DNA from: Selaginella moellendorffii
Lineage: Eukaryota; Plantae; Lycopodiophyta
Direction: 5' to 3'
Length of the DNA stretch: 64,000 bases
Assembly: GCF_000143415.4 (NCBI RefSeq)
Contig: NW_003314267.1
Location: forward strand, 2,198,932-2,262,931
Shown here: in pieces, positions 10,700 to 23,260 of the stretch
Position numbering within the stretch: position 1 is the stretch's first letter
Layout of the letters: each line of letters opens with the position of its first letter
The notes under the pieces: generated by a model
Told to the model about the DNA's origin: nothing
Seen by the model: only the letters and a program-made list of their open reading frames with translations
Databases searched by the model: none
Translations under genes and position numbers: made by a program

Positions 10700-13600
10700 T
10701 AATTCAAAAGTGGGTATTTATCAAGAAGAATGGGCAATGGTGTATAGAGAGAATGATGCATGATTTAATAGTGTGAATTTGTGGTGATAAAAGTGATAAA
10801 AAGTGGGATGAAGTGAAGGCAGTGGGATCCCAAAAATATTTGAGGACTCACTAAGAAACCATACAAGTTTGCATATGAAAGGAGTTAATACAACCTTACA
10901 ACTAAAATACAACCTAGAACTCATAGCCTAAAATAGCAAGGCCTAAAAGGAAAGTTGAAAGAAAGTGAAGAAAAAAGAACAAGGAAGAAAAAGGAAAAAA
11001 ATCACTGCAAAAAATCTTTGAGATAGCAATGATTATGAGTGTGTGAGAGCTCATGGCCAATTTCATTTGCAAACATGTAAGAACCACTTTCCATATGGTG
11101 TTGAATGAAATAGGGGCTAAGCCATTGTGAAGAGAATTTGGAGGAGGGAATGAGAAGAACAAATGCCCTAAAGAAAAAAAGATTAAATCTAAAACTTTAG
11201 AGTTAATGGCCATCTTGAGCTTGCAACAAAAAGCTGTTTGGCTAAGGCTTGATGTTACTCATCATTGCAACGACAAGAGCTCCACTGAAAGTTCTCCCTT
11301 AGTGTCATAGACCAAGGAGAAAGAGGTCACTAAAATAGATAAAGGATGTCCAAAAGCCCTAGAGTGCTATCATTGCTGATGATCATTGGCAAGCTTAAAA
11401 AACTACCTTTAGAATCTTGTTGTTGGACTTGGCTTGGCCATTGCTTTATAGATAGTAGTTGTTATTGCATACGTGCTAGATGTGGAGCTGCTCAAAGAGG
11501 TGTGCAATGACTCGGTTGAGAAAAGTGCTATTACGATCAGAAACCAGAATAGTAAACATTCTGAAATAGCATACAATATACTCATATAGGAACTTTGTCA
11601 TGGAAACTTAATCCATATATTGTAAAGGAATAACCTCCACCCACTTTGTGAAATAATCTGTCGCAACAAGAAAGTATTAATGTCCTTGAGAGGTTGGGGG
11701 CAAGATAAGGCCAATATAGTTGAATCCTGCATACTCAAGAGTATCTCAATAAAGCTGTTACAAGTAATAGCTATGTCATAAAAGGAGCTATGCTATTACT
11801 CAATCAAAGAAGTGCCCCATGCAAGAGTGAAAGGCTCGTAGCAATGCTAGAATCTCATTCTTTGCAACAAATTGAAGAAGAACTCCTTGAGATGTCCAGT
11901 GGTAAAGATGGTTATTGAAGAAATAATAGTCCCAAGCATGAACCTCCAAACCATTGCATGCCGCTAGTGTTATGTGTTCTAAAAACTTGCTAGAGTCAAG
12001 GTATTTGGTGACGTCTTGGAAAGTTGCTAAAATGATAATGGTTATCACCACAATAATGAGGTATTAGCTGGGATTATGAAGGTGTGTTTGACATAGCACA
12101 AAGGTTCACTAAAACTCTTAGATGAGCACAATCCAAGTTAAAGTATATAAATTGCTCATTGGTCATTGAAAAATAAAAGTTAACACATTAAAGCAAATGT
12201 GAAAGTAGGTACAAGCTCCTGCAAAAGTGCTCTAAGGTATATATAACTACCACCATCTCCTTCTTCACTTCCATTCACTTTTTCTTCAAGTTCTTGAATG
12301 AGTGAAAAGTGAAGTAAGTTGCATGGTTTGGCTGGTCCAGTCCAGGATGTTGGTAAAGACAGACTACAAAAGCATTATCTCTCATTGTGTTAAAAGGCTA
12401 GCCTGGCTATTATAGGTAAAAAACTGGTTCAGATTTGAGTGTGTCTTATAGCTATATGCTGGTTCGTTGTTGGTCATCTCCCCATGTATACTTGACATCT
12501 TGCTTGAGGAGTGTGATGAGGTCTTGTTGAAACAATATACTCATGGATGAAATGCCAAAAAAACCCTATCTATCTTAGAAACTATTGCAATTCCTTGATA
12601 TTATTGGGAGGTGATGTAGCTAGAATCTCATGAGCCTTCTTGGAGTCACTCAAGGCCATATCCTTGGCTATGATATCTAGGCTTGAGGGATCACCTTGCA
12701 TGCTTAGTGGGAGTTAAAGAGAAATGTTGAAGTTGACAGAAAGAAAAGATTTTCTCTAATTGTGTGAGAGGGATCTCTATCACTAAACTCTAAAGTCTAG
12801 AGTTGAAGGCATCTCAAGATCAAGAAGAGTGTGGTCACCCTCCATTGAAGAAATAATAAAAGAGGCCTTCTCCTTCTTAGCAAGCATTGTTGTGATTGCT
12901 TTGTGAGAGATTTTGTTAGCCTATAAATTCTCTACTTATGGGACACTTTAGAAGTTGATATGTTGGAAGCATTCCCTAAAGTCTATGGCACATTGTCAAA
13001 GTTCTTAAAATTTTCCTTATGGACTTGGTACTCACTATTAAATTGACAAATGATGAGTTGTGAGTCTCTAATGAAAACTATGTGTTTGAACTTGTGATCT
13101 TTAGCCAATTGCAAGGCCAAGATCATTACAAAGTACTTAGCCTCATTTGTTGAAATAGCAGGCTAGGTCATTATAATATAAACCACCCTTTTCTCTGCTA
13201 GGTCGTGAATCCAAACACCAAACCCTACAAGCTGGTTCCTTAGACAAAATGTGAAAGCTATAAAAGTAAAAATAGTCTAGTCTTCAAATAAAGAGGTAGG
13301 ATTGACTATGTGATCACTCACCACTTAGTCCTCCAAGAAAGAGGCCAAGTTATTCTTGCTCATAATCATTGTTTTCATGTCAAAGGTGGTAAACATTATA
13401 GGATGCATTTGCTTCCTCGGTGTACCATGTTGAAGGATATAAGACCAATCTACTACTAAGGGAAGATCCTCCACATAAGGTCTACACTCAAAAAGAGACA
13501 ACTTTGTCAGAAAAACCTCCACTCAAAATATCAGAAACTCCTAAAGCTAGCCAGTAATATGATTAAGCACTTTATGTGATGATTGAGGAATCCTCTATGA

Positions 13601-16400
13601 GAATAGTGTTGCACTAAAACATGTCAAACTCAAACTATGATGGATCTTTGTTAGGCACCAGGTCAGGATAATAGGATAAAGAAAGGGCCCTACAATCAAG
13701 TGATCACCCCTTTAGCCAGTTGGTTTAGGGTGTAAGGGATAGGATTCTAACATTGGTATCAGAGACCAGTTCGATTTTCATGGCTAACAAGTGGGGTAGG
13801 AATATTCTAAAGGAATATTCAACATGGTGGATCTAGAGGGAGAACCAAAGTTTGGTAGACCCTAAGAGAATGACTATGGTGACCGGAGGGTGGCCTAAGT
13901 ATAATTGCAGACAATCATTCCCTAACAAGGGGAGGATTATTAGGCACCAGGTCAGGATAATAGGATAAAGAAGGGGCCTTATAATCAAGTGATCACCCCT
14001 TTAGCCAGTTGGCAAGATGATGGTCAAGGGGAGGATTATTAGGCACCAGGTCAGGATAATAGGATAAAGAAAGGGCCTTATAATCAAGTGATCACCCTAG
14101 CCAGTTGGCAAGATGATGGTCAATGAGTGTGGAAAACACATCGAGGAAGAGAATACCATCTCAGAGGAAATTGATTGGTTCAAACACAATTTAGAAGTTA
14201 TCTTCGAACCTTTGCCAACAATAAGTATCTATAAATATTGTAAAGACAAAAAGTTTTGTGACTGTTGCTAATTTACATCATGCTGAGCAACCAATTTGTG
14301 ATGTCTTGAATCTGATCATGTCAAACTTATCCAAGGATCATGGAATCCTTCAAAGGTGTAGAGCTGGGATTCTAGTAGTCCTCAACCATAAATTCCAAAA
14401 GAAGTTCCAACCCGTTGATGTATACTTCTACACTACAGCAAATTCCTACAAGGATAATGGTGTGGTCTGCAAATGTCTTCAAGATTAAAGTGGTGCTTTT
14501 AGAGACTTGAAGATGGCTGCATCTAAAGAGATCATAGTGCTCTTATAGATAGAGTTGATAGGAGCATTGATAATGGGAAAACCATTACCAAAGATTATAG
14601 GTGCAAAAAACATACTTGGATTGGAAGAGGAGGTAATGTCAATGATGTGGACATCTTGTGGAGAAAGGCTATGGCTCCAATAGACCTCACAAACTCCTCT
14701 AAACGCTAGCCAAACCCAAGAATCACATAAAGGCTTATACAGTGAAAAGATGTTTATGCAAAAAGGTGATAGACATCTCTAATAACTATTAGAGTGCACT
14801 CTTAGAGAGCTAGGAATTATTAGAGAAAGGTGGAGAATATTTAAAAAGGAGAGATGTGAATGAAAACTTGTATACCACCTTAGGTGTTGAATGAGTGATT
14901 GCTAAAGGAGCTAAATTACCATTGATTTCCTTTTGAAGGGCTATTATTTTCTTTTGTGTTCATGTAGGTGTTGTCTTTGCAAACTCCTTAACAATTCTGA
15001 TGATATTGATCTATTCCCTTTGTTGGAAGATGACAAAGGCATCATTAATCACACGCTGCTCAAGTTGTTGCTAGTAGCAATCTTGATGGGTGGGTGGCAC
15101 ATTTGTCACTCTCAAACACACTAAAAAAAAGGCAAGAAACTCCATAGTTACCAACTCAAAGATACACTTCTCCTTTAAATTTATAGAGAAGAAAGGTATA
15201 TACCTCTATGTAAAATATCCTCTCTCATGCTCTAAGAATATTTCTTAGAAAAAATATTTTAAAAATCTTATACTCTAAGATGCCTTGCAATAGATGACCA
15301 TAAGTGGATCAAATAGCACCATGGTATGAAGAGAACTCATGACCTATAGTTGTAGAAATTCATAGCTAAATAGAAAGCAAATGCCCAAAAGAAATAACTA
15401 TAGAAAGAGAGAAACAAAGAGGATAGAGGTGTGGAATTTAAAGATAAAGGGAAAAACTTGATAGGAAACTTTGTAGTTAGACTAAACCCTTGATCCAATC
15501 AGAAAAAGGAGAGAGTGGAAAAAAGGTGAAAAAGAAAGAAAAAAAAGAGAGAAAAAGTAAGGAAATAAATGCTTTAAACTTTTGGTGGACAATTAGTATT
15601 TTAGAGGACATAGTAGGGGCCTAGAAAATAACACTTGATCCATAAAGAAATACTCCAGTTAAGCAAATGTTATTCATGGGGAAATGTTATTTATCTAATA
15701 TCCACAAAGTTTGTTATAGACTTGGGTTGGGCATTTGTTAGTACTATCTCTATACTGATAAATCTCAAGAGTCATTGAGCATAGTGAAGTTTTTCAAAGT
15801 TGTTATGAATTGTTGCCCCAAGTTTGAGAATCTACTACAACAAGGTTAGAGATAGAGAAATTTAACCTAAAGAAGTTACCCCAAATATTGGATAAAAACT
15901 AGACTAAAAAGTTTATGGAAAATTGTAAGAACTCCTTTGCTTATTTCATTCTTTATCAATTTATTTGTTGCAATTGACTTAAGTGTTGAAGGACTATGGC
16001 CTTTGCTCCAACATTAGCCACTATAAAAATTGAGGATGGAATTTCAAGCTCTATGGGAGATGGGGGAATCTCCAAAAGGTGTTAGTTATCCATCCAAAAT
16101 TGCTCCAAATTTGGTTAGGCATACTCTATAAACTTAATAGATATAAATGCATTTGCTATATTCATGGGCTCAAACTCAACATCTACAACCTCTAGTTCAA
16201 GCATAAGAATCTCATCCACTTTCACTACTTTATCCTTAAAGATAAAAGCCTTAAACTCCAAAGTAGGATCCTCAAACACTAACTTAGAATTTGGTATCTT
16301 TTAGTATCTATTGCTCACTATAACATGTAAAGCTGTTAGAATTTGGGAAGAAACCTCCAACTAAATAAGCCTAGAACAAAAAGTGTTCAATATTTCACAA
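10700..16400 (-). mobile_element. Highly decayed Ty3/gypsy (Tat-like) internal region; boundaries approximate
   Basis: Minus-strand remnants: integrase YFLVATDYFTKWV (~11640-11680) and an additional archaeal-type RNase H, TNEAKYFVMILALQLA...RDSQLIICQFNSEYQV (~13020-13160). Many stops; no LTRs identified. Confidence 0.6.
13649..14125 (+). mobile_element. TRIM (miniature LTR element) with truncated, duplicated 3' repeat
   Basis: 104-bp terminal repeat TGTTAG...CTAACA (13649-13752), PBS TGGTATCAGAG (13754), PPT AAGGGGAGGAT, partial repeats restarting at 13938 and ~14037. Confidence 0.75.
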
Positions 16401-16689
16401 TGCCCAACTGAGATATCTATTATGATGGCAAATAAAACTTATAAGCATGATTTCAATTTTAGTTTTTACACACACTTTAAACTAATATGATCATTCTATT
16501 GAGCTACTTATCACAGAACTAAATCCCATAGGTGACATTTGCTATAAATTGGATTGTCTTTTAAATCATTCACTTTGGTTGCTTACAAGGTATTTCTGTG
16601 ATTTTCTAACACATATAAATGGTTTTCTTTGAAATTAAAAATGGGGATACTAATCATATATTGATAGAGTTCCATGAAAAAGATTATAT

Positions 16690-17060
16690 TAATAGAGTTC
16701 CATGAGAAAGATGGTGATTCTTCAAGTGATGCAGAACTCTATTAAACTTTGTAGAGGAGAGATTATAAAAAAGAAAAGAGTCAAGAACAAGGATGATAAA
16801 AAAAACCTTGTAGATACTGGGAGGAAGAAGAGGAGGATTGAGTGATGAATATATCTTTGTCCATTGCCGAGATTCTCTACATTTTCATGGTGCTTGCAAG
16901 CTCAAAGCAAGTAGTTCCACTCCATGGAATCGGGAAGAATAGGCATGGTCATGATGAGCTCTTTTACCTGGCTTAAGTAGCCTATCCTTGTAGTAGTGAG
17001 GACATTAGTTATTGACATGAGGTAGGAGCATGTGGTGTGGAGTTGACTGGCATGATTACT
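16690..17060. pseudogene. Degenerate duplicate of the PWI-gene/PPR-gene convergent junction at ~57220-57780
   Basis: Shares GAGAAAGATGG.GATTCTTCAAG.GATGCAGAACTCT, GATACTGGGAGGAAGAAGAGGAGGATTGAGTGATGA and TCTACATTTTC.TGGTGCTTGCAAGCTC with that region. Confidence 0.75.
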
Positions 17061-17277
17061 TTTATATATAATTTTATGTCTATATGCTCATTCTATATGC
17101 AGTACATGGCCTTGACAGTAGCACCATAGCCAGTTGCAACACTAATTACAGTAGGACCATAGTAGCTTTGCAAGTTGCATAAATTCCTTATTTGATTAGA
17201 TTAAAATCAATTTAAAATTAACAATTGTTTGGTAAACATTAGTAGTTAGCAAGACTTATTAATGTTTAAAACATAAC

Positions 17278-18560
17278 CTAAACTAAAAGAAGCTTATCTA
17301 GCAAAAGCATGGAGCCTGAACGCTTTCTGACAATTGTGGGCAGATCTTCACTGGAATAATTTGCGGCATTAAAAGCACCAAAGTGGTGTTCATGCTGCAC
17401 ATAGGCACGAGCAAGCATGCAAATCCAAATGTTGCCAGTGACACCCAGCAGCTCCTGCATCCTGGCCCAGAGTTGCTGCCTCTCCTCGTCGTACTCCACT
17501 CCACCAGCCGAGATGACTGCCTCTCTTATGGCATGACGTATCTCATCCGAGCGAGCTCCCAAGTCCCCTGCGTGCTTGGAGACTGGATCCACGCCACAAA
17601 CGCCTCACAGATTCCTCTGGTGGAGTTGCTAATCGCAACAAAAACCCCTTTTCCACTGCGCGACACGCTTTGCCCTCCCCACCTGGTATGCAGAGGCTGC
17701 CTGCTTGATCGCCCCGAATTCTTCTAGAGAGCACTCGGTCAGGCATGGATCCCACTGCAAGTTGGCGCAAATCTCCACGAAAAGGCTACCGTAGTCATTG
17801 CCAAAGACGGTGGCAGCCGCGTCGCAAAGCTCGCGGCACTCGTCGCTGCTTCCCCGGCTCATCGTAGCCTGGATGTGCTCTACAATCGACTCCGATGATG
17901 TCGCTGCCGAGCACAGGGATTTGAGCTCGGCGTGGTCGCGCCAACCCTTCCTCGTCCGCATCCATGTATAGATCAGGCGCGCAATCGGCACGCTCACGTC
18001 TGCGTGCTCCTGGAAGAGCGGCTCCACGCGGTGGAAGTTGTAGTGGCCTTGGATCCACTGCTCGAGCCGGGCACGCATCTGGTTGTCCCATTGGATTTCT
18101 CCCGCTGCCATCACCTCCTGCCACACAAAAGTTGAATGCTCTCTCAATCAAAACGGTGTCAATCATCATACCTCCAACATCTGGCGCAGAGCGAAGGTGA
18201 GGTCCATGGACTTCCACTCTATCCTGGGCGCGTTTTCGATGCAGGAACGTATCCGTTTGAGATTGTCCAAGGATGCAGGGGAGAACTTTTCATCCTTTAG
18301 CGCTGCTTGTTTGCTCAGGAACAGCAACAAGAGATTTTCCAGGGGTCCAGCACCGCTACCACGGTCACCCGCTATAGCTTGTGCTTCGAATGCGTCGAGC
18401 CATTGCAGCGGCTGTTTGTTGCTCTGGAGCTGGAGCAACAGCCAGGTGAAGACGACGACGCAAACCTTGCCGCTCGCATCGAACAGGAGAGCGGCATCAG
18501 CAACGCAAGTGGGCGAGAGAGTGAGGAAACAATATCGACACGATGGCTGTGCAAGCTCTT
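17278..18560 (-). CDS. Hypothetical multi-exon gene or pseudogene of unknown function
   Basis: ORFs 18166-18438, 17629-18147 and 17278-17592 share one frame; GC-rich; a 54-nt GT-AG intron at 18171-18118 removes the first stops. No recognisable domain. Confidence 0.4.
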
Positions 18561-19399
18561 AAGAAGAAGTACGTATAGCTAGCTACCTGACACATATTCA
18601 TCTGTGATGACCAATGGGAAAGACGATGGCGTCCGATCAGTGGCCTCCTCGAGCTGCAAAAGACAGAAAAACCATAACTTTGCTACACGATCCAAACAAG
18701 CACTCACAAGGTGAGGGCGTAGTGCAGCGGCCTGTGCAGCACTCGGGGCGGGGATGGGGATTTCTAGATTGCTCTTGATGTGGGCTGTGGCGCGTGAAGT
18801 AGTCGGCCGCGATGAAGAGGTGCAAGTAGCCATCCGGCACAGGAGCGCCAAGCGCGTGCGACGGCCACAGTCCAGATCTTCCACTTGAGCTCCGAGACAG
18901 TGGAAGAGACGGTGGAGTCGGGCAGGACTTCAAAGAACCACGCACCAGCTCCAGCCCAAAGTGAGAGAAGGTTACAACCATCAGCAGTCTGCCGCTGCGG
19001 AACCATCCACCCCACCACCGGAATCTGTCCTTCCATAGCCATGCATAAAATAGGGTTCTTGCTTTATAGATTTTATTTACCAGGATTTCTATAACCCTCT
19101 CGCCATTTCCCCACGGCGCAGCTCTCCCATATCCAACCGCGCTTGGATCTCTGAGTTCCAAGCATTCTACAATAAACAGAACAGAAACATAGATCTTTTC
19201 AGTACCTGTTTCGCAACTTCTCAACACGAAGAAGCTACACGAAACACAGTTGAACACAAGAAGGGTAGCTTCCTTCGTTCTACCGCTTGCTGGTCTGGAA
19301 TCGGGTGTGTTAACCGCCAGTGTCGATGGGATGATTAGACAGCAAGAATTCAAACAAAGAAACAAATATTGAATAGGTGAAAGTACCAGCTTTTGATCA

Positions 19400-20090
19400 T
19401 CCATCAGAAGAGACTGAAACCTGTGAAGCGGAAGGTGATATGTAAGCAAAAGAAGACAGATCGTGGACGATGATAAGACTCACCGTATTGATTGATACAT
19501 GTGGAATGGCTTTGCAAATGCCGGGGGCATGGTTCTCCAAGTGTAACATCCCAAAAGAGCCACGCTACCATTTCTCCACTTGCAGTAACCAGGACCAGGG
19601 AGCTGTTAAACCAGAGAGAATAATTTCCTCCTTGGTCTCCACCATCCACAAAGCTACACACACGAAAGAGAAGAGCTGGAGGTCACTCACTACACACCAA
19701 GTTAGAAGAAAACCTCTTACCCAGCGTGCTGGCATGTGTTTCCTGCCGCAGGCATTGGTTTTCCATGACTCAAACAGTGTAACGCCTTCGTAGACCGCGA
19801 GCCACCGCAAGCGGAGAGCTAACTCAGGGGTCACAGATCTCCATTGGCATTGACCGTGTGTCCCAAACGACTGCTCTGTTTGCCTGGAGATATCTTCCAC
19901 GGCGGATGCAACCTGGGAAACAAGTCATATGACCTTGGTTTTGGCTGCAATATACCTCGCAATGGGGGCAAGAGGCACCATGGCTCTGGATATCAAATAA
20001 GCCGACTGTTCCATCGCCTGAGCCTGTTGGTAAAATTCTTGTTAATTGTCCTCCAATAATCAGGCTCCAAACTTCGCTGTGGAGGATAAG
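19400..20090 (-). pseudogene. WD40-repeat gene fragments
   Basis: Translations ILPTGSGDGTVGLFDI (~19985-20035) and LVTASGEMVAWLFWDV (~19545-19590) resemble WD40 blade ends; frames are broken. Confidence 0.4.
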
Positions 20091-20182
20091 CTAGTGAGGA
20101 TATTAAGGACAAAAAACGAAAAACCATTGCCGAGCCGAGGAGGATGGCACTAGAGACCAGATTCCTCCACGCTCTTGGTCCA

Positions 20183-23100
20183 TCAATCGCGAAAGGAGCA
20201 GAGGAATCTCGTTGACGGAACGCTGTCATGCCAAGGACAAGGTTGAGGAGGTTCTGGATGGTGTCTCTTGCCAGTGGAAGTGCTTGCTCGCGGATGAGCT
20301 CGCGTCCCTTCAATTGCCCGCTCGCGCGATGGTGTCGGAGCGGCACTTGTTTTCTCGGCAAGACAAGCACGGGCTTGTCCTCGTTCTTTCACCAATCCTC
20401 CGCAGTCGATGTAGGATGCCACTTGCTGCTGGGCGAAGAGTTCCTCTTGACTTCGCAGGATCCGTGACTGCTCCTGCCACAATCCGACGCTCCCAAGCAG
20501 GTTGGACATGAGAGAGTATGCTGCCGTGTCTCTGTCGTCAATATTCACGAGAGATTCGAACGCCACCTTTCCAGTCTCCACATCTCTCCACGTCCGGCAA
20601 GCAGCCAGGAGTGTCCTCCAAGTGAGCGCTCTCGCTTCCGAGCCCATGCTAGTCACCATTACCAGTGCCTCGCCAAGTTGGTTGGCCCGACCGAGCATGT
20701 CTACCACGCACACTCGGTGCTCACACCTCGGACTCACTCCATACTTGGTGAGCATTGCATCGAAGTACTTCCTGCCTCTAGTCACCATCCCGGCGTGACT
20801 GCACGCAGCGAGGACGCACAGCAGCGTCACACTGTCCGGCTCAACGCCTTCGTCGTCCACAGCCCGATGAAAGACATCCAAGACCTTCTCAGCGTCGCCC
20901 TGGCGGCCGTACCCAGCTGCGAGAGCGTTCCATGCTATCAAATCTCGAGTTTGAGCTGCGTCAAACGCCTGTTGTGCGTCGTTCATACTTCCGGCTTTTC
21001 CAAACACGTCCACCATGCTGTTGGAGAGCACAATGTCTTTCTCGGCTCCATATCTGTATACTTCCCCAACAATGGCTTTAGTGACTTCCAGCGATCCCAC
21101 AGAAGAGCTTCCCTTGAGCACGGGGACGAAGGCTCGAGCATCTAGAGCACAGCAGGCCTGACCGAGTTTCAGTTTCATTCCCGCAAAGAGCTCCAAAACT
21201 TTGTCTCCATCACCACAGTCCGCGTACCCCGACATGAGCACTGTCCACGAGACTACATCACGGTGTGGCATGCTGTCGAAAACTTGCTGGGCGTCCACCA
21301 GACTCCCACAGTTGGCGTACATTTCCATCAAACTGCTGGCCAAAACGAAGTCCCAGTGTCGAAGGAGTTTGGAAGCCTGGCAATGGATAGCAATCCCTTT
21401 CTGCAGTGACGAAACTTTGACAGCCTTTCCATCCACCTGAATGGCCTCTTCCCTTGCAGCGACGCGGATGCAAGCCTTGAGTGCTGCTGTGACAATGCTC
21501 GAAGACGTGAGCGCATGCCCCTCGGATATCATGCGTTGGAACAGCTCTAGTGCCGTGTCTTCCTCTCCGCAATCAACACAGGCCAGAACCAGCGAAGTCC
21601 ACGACATGACGTCGTGCGAGCACATCTGGTCGAAAACTCTTCGAGCATCCAGCAGGCTTGCACTTCGCGCGTAAGCGTCGACTAAAGTGCTCGCCAAGAT
21701 CACGTCCGTCTTAAAGTAGTTTCTCGAGTCTCCATGAAGAGCCATTGTTCTCTCCAAGCATTTGAGCTTGACCAGCTTTCCATCAACCACCACGGCCCCT
21801 TCCTTGGCCGCCAAGCCGAGACAGGCCTTCGACACAGCAACTAAAGCCATAGCATCTGGAACGAGGCCTCTGTTTTTCATCTGAGAAAACAAATCCAAAG
21901 CTACCTCTGCTTGCGAGTTATCCACGTATCCCAGCATAAGCACCGTCCATGACACCAGGCCGTGGCAAGGCATGCTCCTGAAAACTCTCTCGGCCTCCAC
22001 CATGCTTCCACACTTGGCATACATGTCCATGAGAGTGTTCGACAAAAACTCGTCCCTCTCGAATCCTTTCTCCGCGGCCTGGATGTGAATCGCCATCCCC
22101 TTCTCCAGAGAATCCAGTTTCACCATCTTCCCTTCAAAGCTTGTGGCTTCTTCTTTCGCTGCTAATCCAATGCAGGCCTTCAAACCAGCGACAAACGTCA
22201 AGGAATCCGCTGTAGTAGCGGACGCAAGGATTTCCAGCGCTCGCTCTGCTTCTCCATTCTCTACATATCCCACCAGTAGCGTGTTCCACGAGACCACACT
22301 GTGGCAAGGCATCTTGTCGAAAACTCCTCGGGCATCAACCATGCTCCCACACTTCGCAAACATATCCACCAGAGCATTTCCAACGAAAACATCCAGCGCT
22401 CGTCTCGCTTGGCGATGGATCTCTCTCCCTTTCCCCAGAGCGCCAACTTTCACAGCCGTTCCATCCAAATCTTCTCCCCACTTTTCTCTCTCAGCCAAAT
22501 CGGAGCAAGCTTTCACTGCTGCGCCAAAGCATCGACCATCCGGCTTGATCTCTCCAGCTCCCATACTGCCAAAAACCTCGAGCGCTAGCTCACTCTCCCC
22601 GTTTGCTACGTACCCAAGCACTAGAACAGTCCACGAGATGACACTGTGCCGGGAGCTTGTATCGAAAACCATGCGTGCTTCCACCATTCTTCCACAGTAG
22701 GCGTACATTTCCACCAGCGAGCTCGCTACGTGATCATCTTTGCCGCTGCTCTTAGCTCGGGAGTGGATTCTCATGCCTTGTTCCAGAGCTTCCAGCTTGA
22801 TCATCTTCCCACCGATGAGTCTCGCTGCTTCTCTGACCGCTAGAGCCGAGCAAGCCTTGATCGCTGCAAAGAATGTCCCGGCATCCGGTGCGCAACCCTG
22901 GCTTTCCATCCATGAGAAGGCTTCCAGAGCACGAGATTCTTCGCCATTCTCAGCGTGGCCCAAGATGACAGCGTTCCAGGTCACTACATTGTGGCAAGGC
23001 ATCCTCTCAAACACCCTCCTCGCCTCAACCAGGCTGCCACACCTCCCATACATGCCGATCAAGCTGCAAGAAACGTAGAGATTGGAGCAAACCCCGCTCT

Positions 23101-23260
23101 GGATGGCGCGATCGTGGAGCACCCTTCCCTTCTCTAAGTCCTTGGAGCTCCCGCAGGATTTCAACCCCGAAAGGAGCTCCGCTGAGCAGTCTGTGCCGTG
23201 AACCCGGCCTTGTCCCAATCTGTGGCAGTACCTGTGGAGCGCGGGTCGAAGGAAATGCAT
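20183..23260 (-). CDS. PLS-class pentatricopeptide repeat protein with E domain, no DYW
   Basis: 1025-aa intronless ORF with repeated YGRCGSLVEARRVFERM...VTWN motifs, ACSHAGMV, CVVDMLGRA, WRTLLAAC and YSLMSN; the tail after SYID looks unrelated. Confidence 0.92.
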   Translation of the reverse strand: MHFLRPALHRYCHRLGQGRVHGTDCSAELLSGLKSCGSSKDLEKGRVLHDRAIQSGVCSNLYVSCSLIGMYGRCGSLVEARRVFERMPCHNVVTWNAVILGHAENGEESRALEAFSWMESQGCAPDAGTFFAAIKACSALAVREAARLIGGKMIKLEALEQGMRIHSRAKSSGKDDHVASSLVEMYAYCGRMVEARMVFDTSSRHSVISWTVLVLGYVANGESELALEVFGSMGAGEIKPDGRCFGAAVKACSDLAEREKWGEDLDGTAVKVGALGKGREIHRQARRALDVFVGNALVDMFAKCGSMVDARGVFDKMPCHSVVSWNTLLVGYVENGEAERALEILASATTADSLTFVAGLKACIGLAAKEEATSFEGKMVKLDSLEKGMAIHIQAAEKGFERDEFLSNTLMDMYAKCGSMVEAERVFRSMPCHGLVSWTVLMLGYVDNSQAEVALDLFSQMKNRGLVPDAMALVAVSKACLGLAAKEGAVVVDGKLVKLKCLERTMALHGDSRNYFKTDVILASTLVDAYARSASLLDARRVFDQMCSHDVMSWTSLVLACVDCGEEDTALELFQRMISEGHALTSSSIVTAALKACIRVAAREEAIQVDGKAVKVSSLQKGIAIHCQASKLLRHWDFVLASSLMEMYANCGSLVDAQQVFDSMPHRDVVSWTVLMSGYADCGDGDKVLELFAGMKLKLGQACCALDARAFVPVLKGSSSVGSLEVTKAIVGEVYRYGAEKDIVLSNSMVDVFGKAGSMNDAQQAFDAAQTRDLIAWNALAAGYGRQGDAEKVLDVFHRAVDDEGVEPDSVTLLCVLAACSHAGMVTRGRKYFDAMLTKYGVSPRCEHRVCVVDMLGRANQLGEALVMVTSMGSEARALTWRTLLAACRTWRDVETGKVAFESLVNIDDRDTAAYSLMSNLLGSVGLWQEQSRILRSQEELFAQQQVASYIDCGGLVKERGQARACLAEKTSAAPTPSRERAIEGTRAHPRASTSTGKRHHPEPPQPCPWHDSVPSTRFLCSFRD

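Noticed and set aside
20212-23137. Many plus-strand ORFs opposite the PPR gene
   Set aside because: Antisense shadows of a GC-rich coding sequence with no independent motifs.
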